The notes beneath the pieces were generated by a model that was given only the letters and a program-made list of their open reading frames with translations, did not search any database and was not told where the DNA came from. Shown here piece after piece: positions 26,662-27,702 of a stretch of 27,702 nt of DNA. The stretch covers positions 1 to 27,702 of the forward strand of contig JBFWOZ010000038.1 in NCBI GenBank assembly GCA_050250255.1, written 5' to 3'. Numbering within the stretch: the first letter of the stretch is position 1; each line of letters starts with the position of its first letter. The DNA is from Bdellovibrionales bacterium. GTDB taxonomy: Bacteria > Bdellovibrionota > Bdellovibrionia > Bdellovibrionales > DASUEL01. A program made the position numbers and the translations under genes.

Positions 26662-27685
26662 GAACCTGTTTTTAAAATGGAACCACATGCCGCCTGAGGT
26701 TCGTTTGGCTCTGCAGAGTATGTCACACGAGGCTTACCATTTTTAAAGCCCACAACTGGGATTCGACCGCTTAATGCCCCAATCATCTCTCGTTCCGCAC
26801 GTTCTTTTTCGTATTCACGCATATATTTACGATGTCTGATGTAACCAGCTAATCCCAAACTTAAATGCCCAAGTGTCGGCAAAATGATTCGCGTATGTTC
26901 CAGCGAAAGTAAATGTGAAAGGAAGGGATGCAACCTATCTGCAGCGCCTTGCCCTGAGATCATAATAGCGGCCCAAGCGGCAGATATTATAAAGAGCTTC
27001 AACTGAGCTTCGGCATCAATTCGTTTTGACTCACCATAATCATGCACTTGATGATCTCTTTTGTCGTAAATATGAAGCTCCCACACTCCTTGAGAACCAA
27101 GAGTTAATGCCGAGTTATACAGAATATTAAAAACCGTCCACCCATCGAAAGTTCCCATAGCAGCCATAAAAACGCCGGTCTTTATTACCGACATAAAAGT
27201 TACTTCCGTCATGAACCATTTAAATTTTTTCATTACATCGCGGGACTGCTGGGATTTCTTCAATTCTTCAAGTGGTATTTTCCAATATTTCTTCGGGTAG
27301 TTCACCATCTTGCCAAACGCGGGCATATTTCTAGCTATTCCCCAGGACATAGCACCTGCTGTCAGTCCCAGGAGTCCTGAAGCCAACCTCGTTGAATCTT
27401 TCGCATTTAAAAAACCTAATCCTGTAATCCCTCCAGTAAAAATAAATCTAGCAAGAGCAAAATACTTTAATGGCTGTTCTATAGATCGTTGGCCTATCTT
27501 TGTAGAAAAGAAGTGCTCTGTCCAATTAGTAGGTAGCGCAATTTTATCCGTTGAAAAATTGTGTGTTTGACCAAGCTTCCTTAACTCTTGAACCTCTGCA
27601 GAGTCAGATTTTACGCCTTCTTTTTAAATCGTAATTCCTTGAATCGCAACATTTGGATTTTGTGCGCGAGCCTTCTGAGTTTCGA
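26658..27685 (-). CDS. Hypothetical multi-pass membrane protein, 5' incomplete, with one in-frame TAA at 27624-27626
   Basis: The frame of the 26658-27386 ORF stays open upstream to 27623 and again beyond a single TAA (...NPNVAIQGITI*KEGVKSDSAEVQELRKLG...). It has several hydrophobic segments. Confidence 0.6.
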
Positions 27686-27702
27686 AGATCGGAAGAGCGT
27701 CG
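27686..27702 (+). other. Illumina TruSeq adapter remnant (non-biological)
   Basis: The terminal AGATCGGAAGAGCGTCG is identical to the first 17 nt of the TruSeq read-2 adapter read-through sequence. Confidence 0.96.

Noticed and set aside
1007..27570. Numerous 60-116 aa ORFs nested in or antisense to the main genes
   Set aside because: They fully overlap better-supported CDSs and have no recognisable motifs.

Overview
This 27.7 kb bacterial contig segment is most consistent with a Bdellovibrionota genome (inferred from gene content and order). The left end (1-5760) is an accessory minus-strand operon headed by a TIGR02147/DUF4423-type HTH protein, followed by four signal-peptide proteins and a truncated paralog. 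That paralog is fused tail-to-tail at ~533/534 to a truncated BBP2-type porin. The middle holds a gluzincin-like protein, two outer-membrane beta-barrels, exoD, and a minus-strand housekeeping run (cysteine desulfurase-mnmA-mtaB-rnc-era-der). The right part holds a beta-barrel plus Met-zincin lipoprotein pair with a terminator, a Pro-rich GspE-N/GAF-like protein, a HAD phosphatase, a degenerate ParB-like protein coupled to an SPL-like radical SAM enzyme, and two hypothetical envelope proteins. The last 17 nt are an untrimmed Illumina adapter, so oddities near both ends may be assembly artefacts. The best candidates for an undescribed system are the TIGR02147-headed secreted-protein cassette (with a palindromic operator and an RBS-sequestering hairpin) and the ParB-like/SPL-like radical SAM module. 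I saw no rRNA, tRNA, CRISPR array or transposase. All family assignments come from reading motifs, not from database searches.
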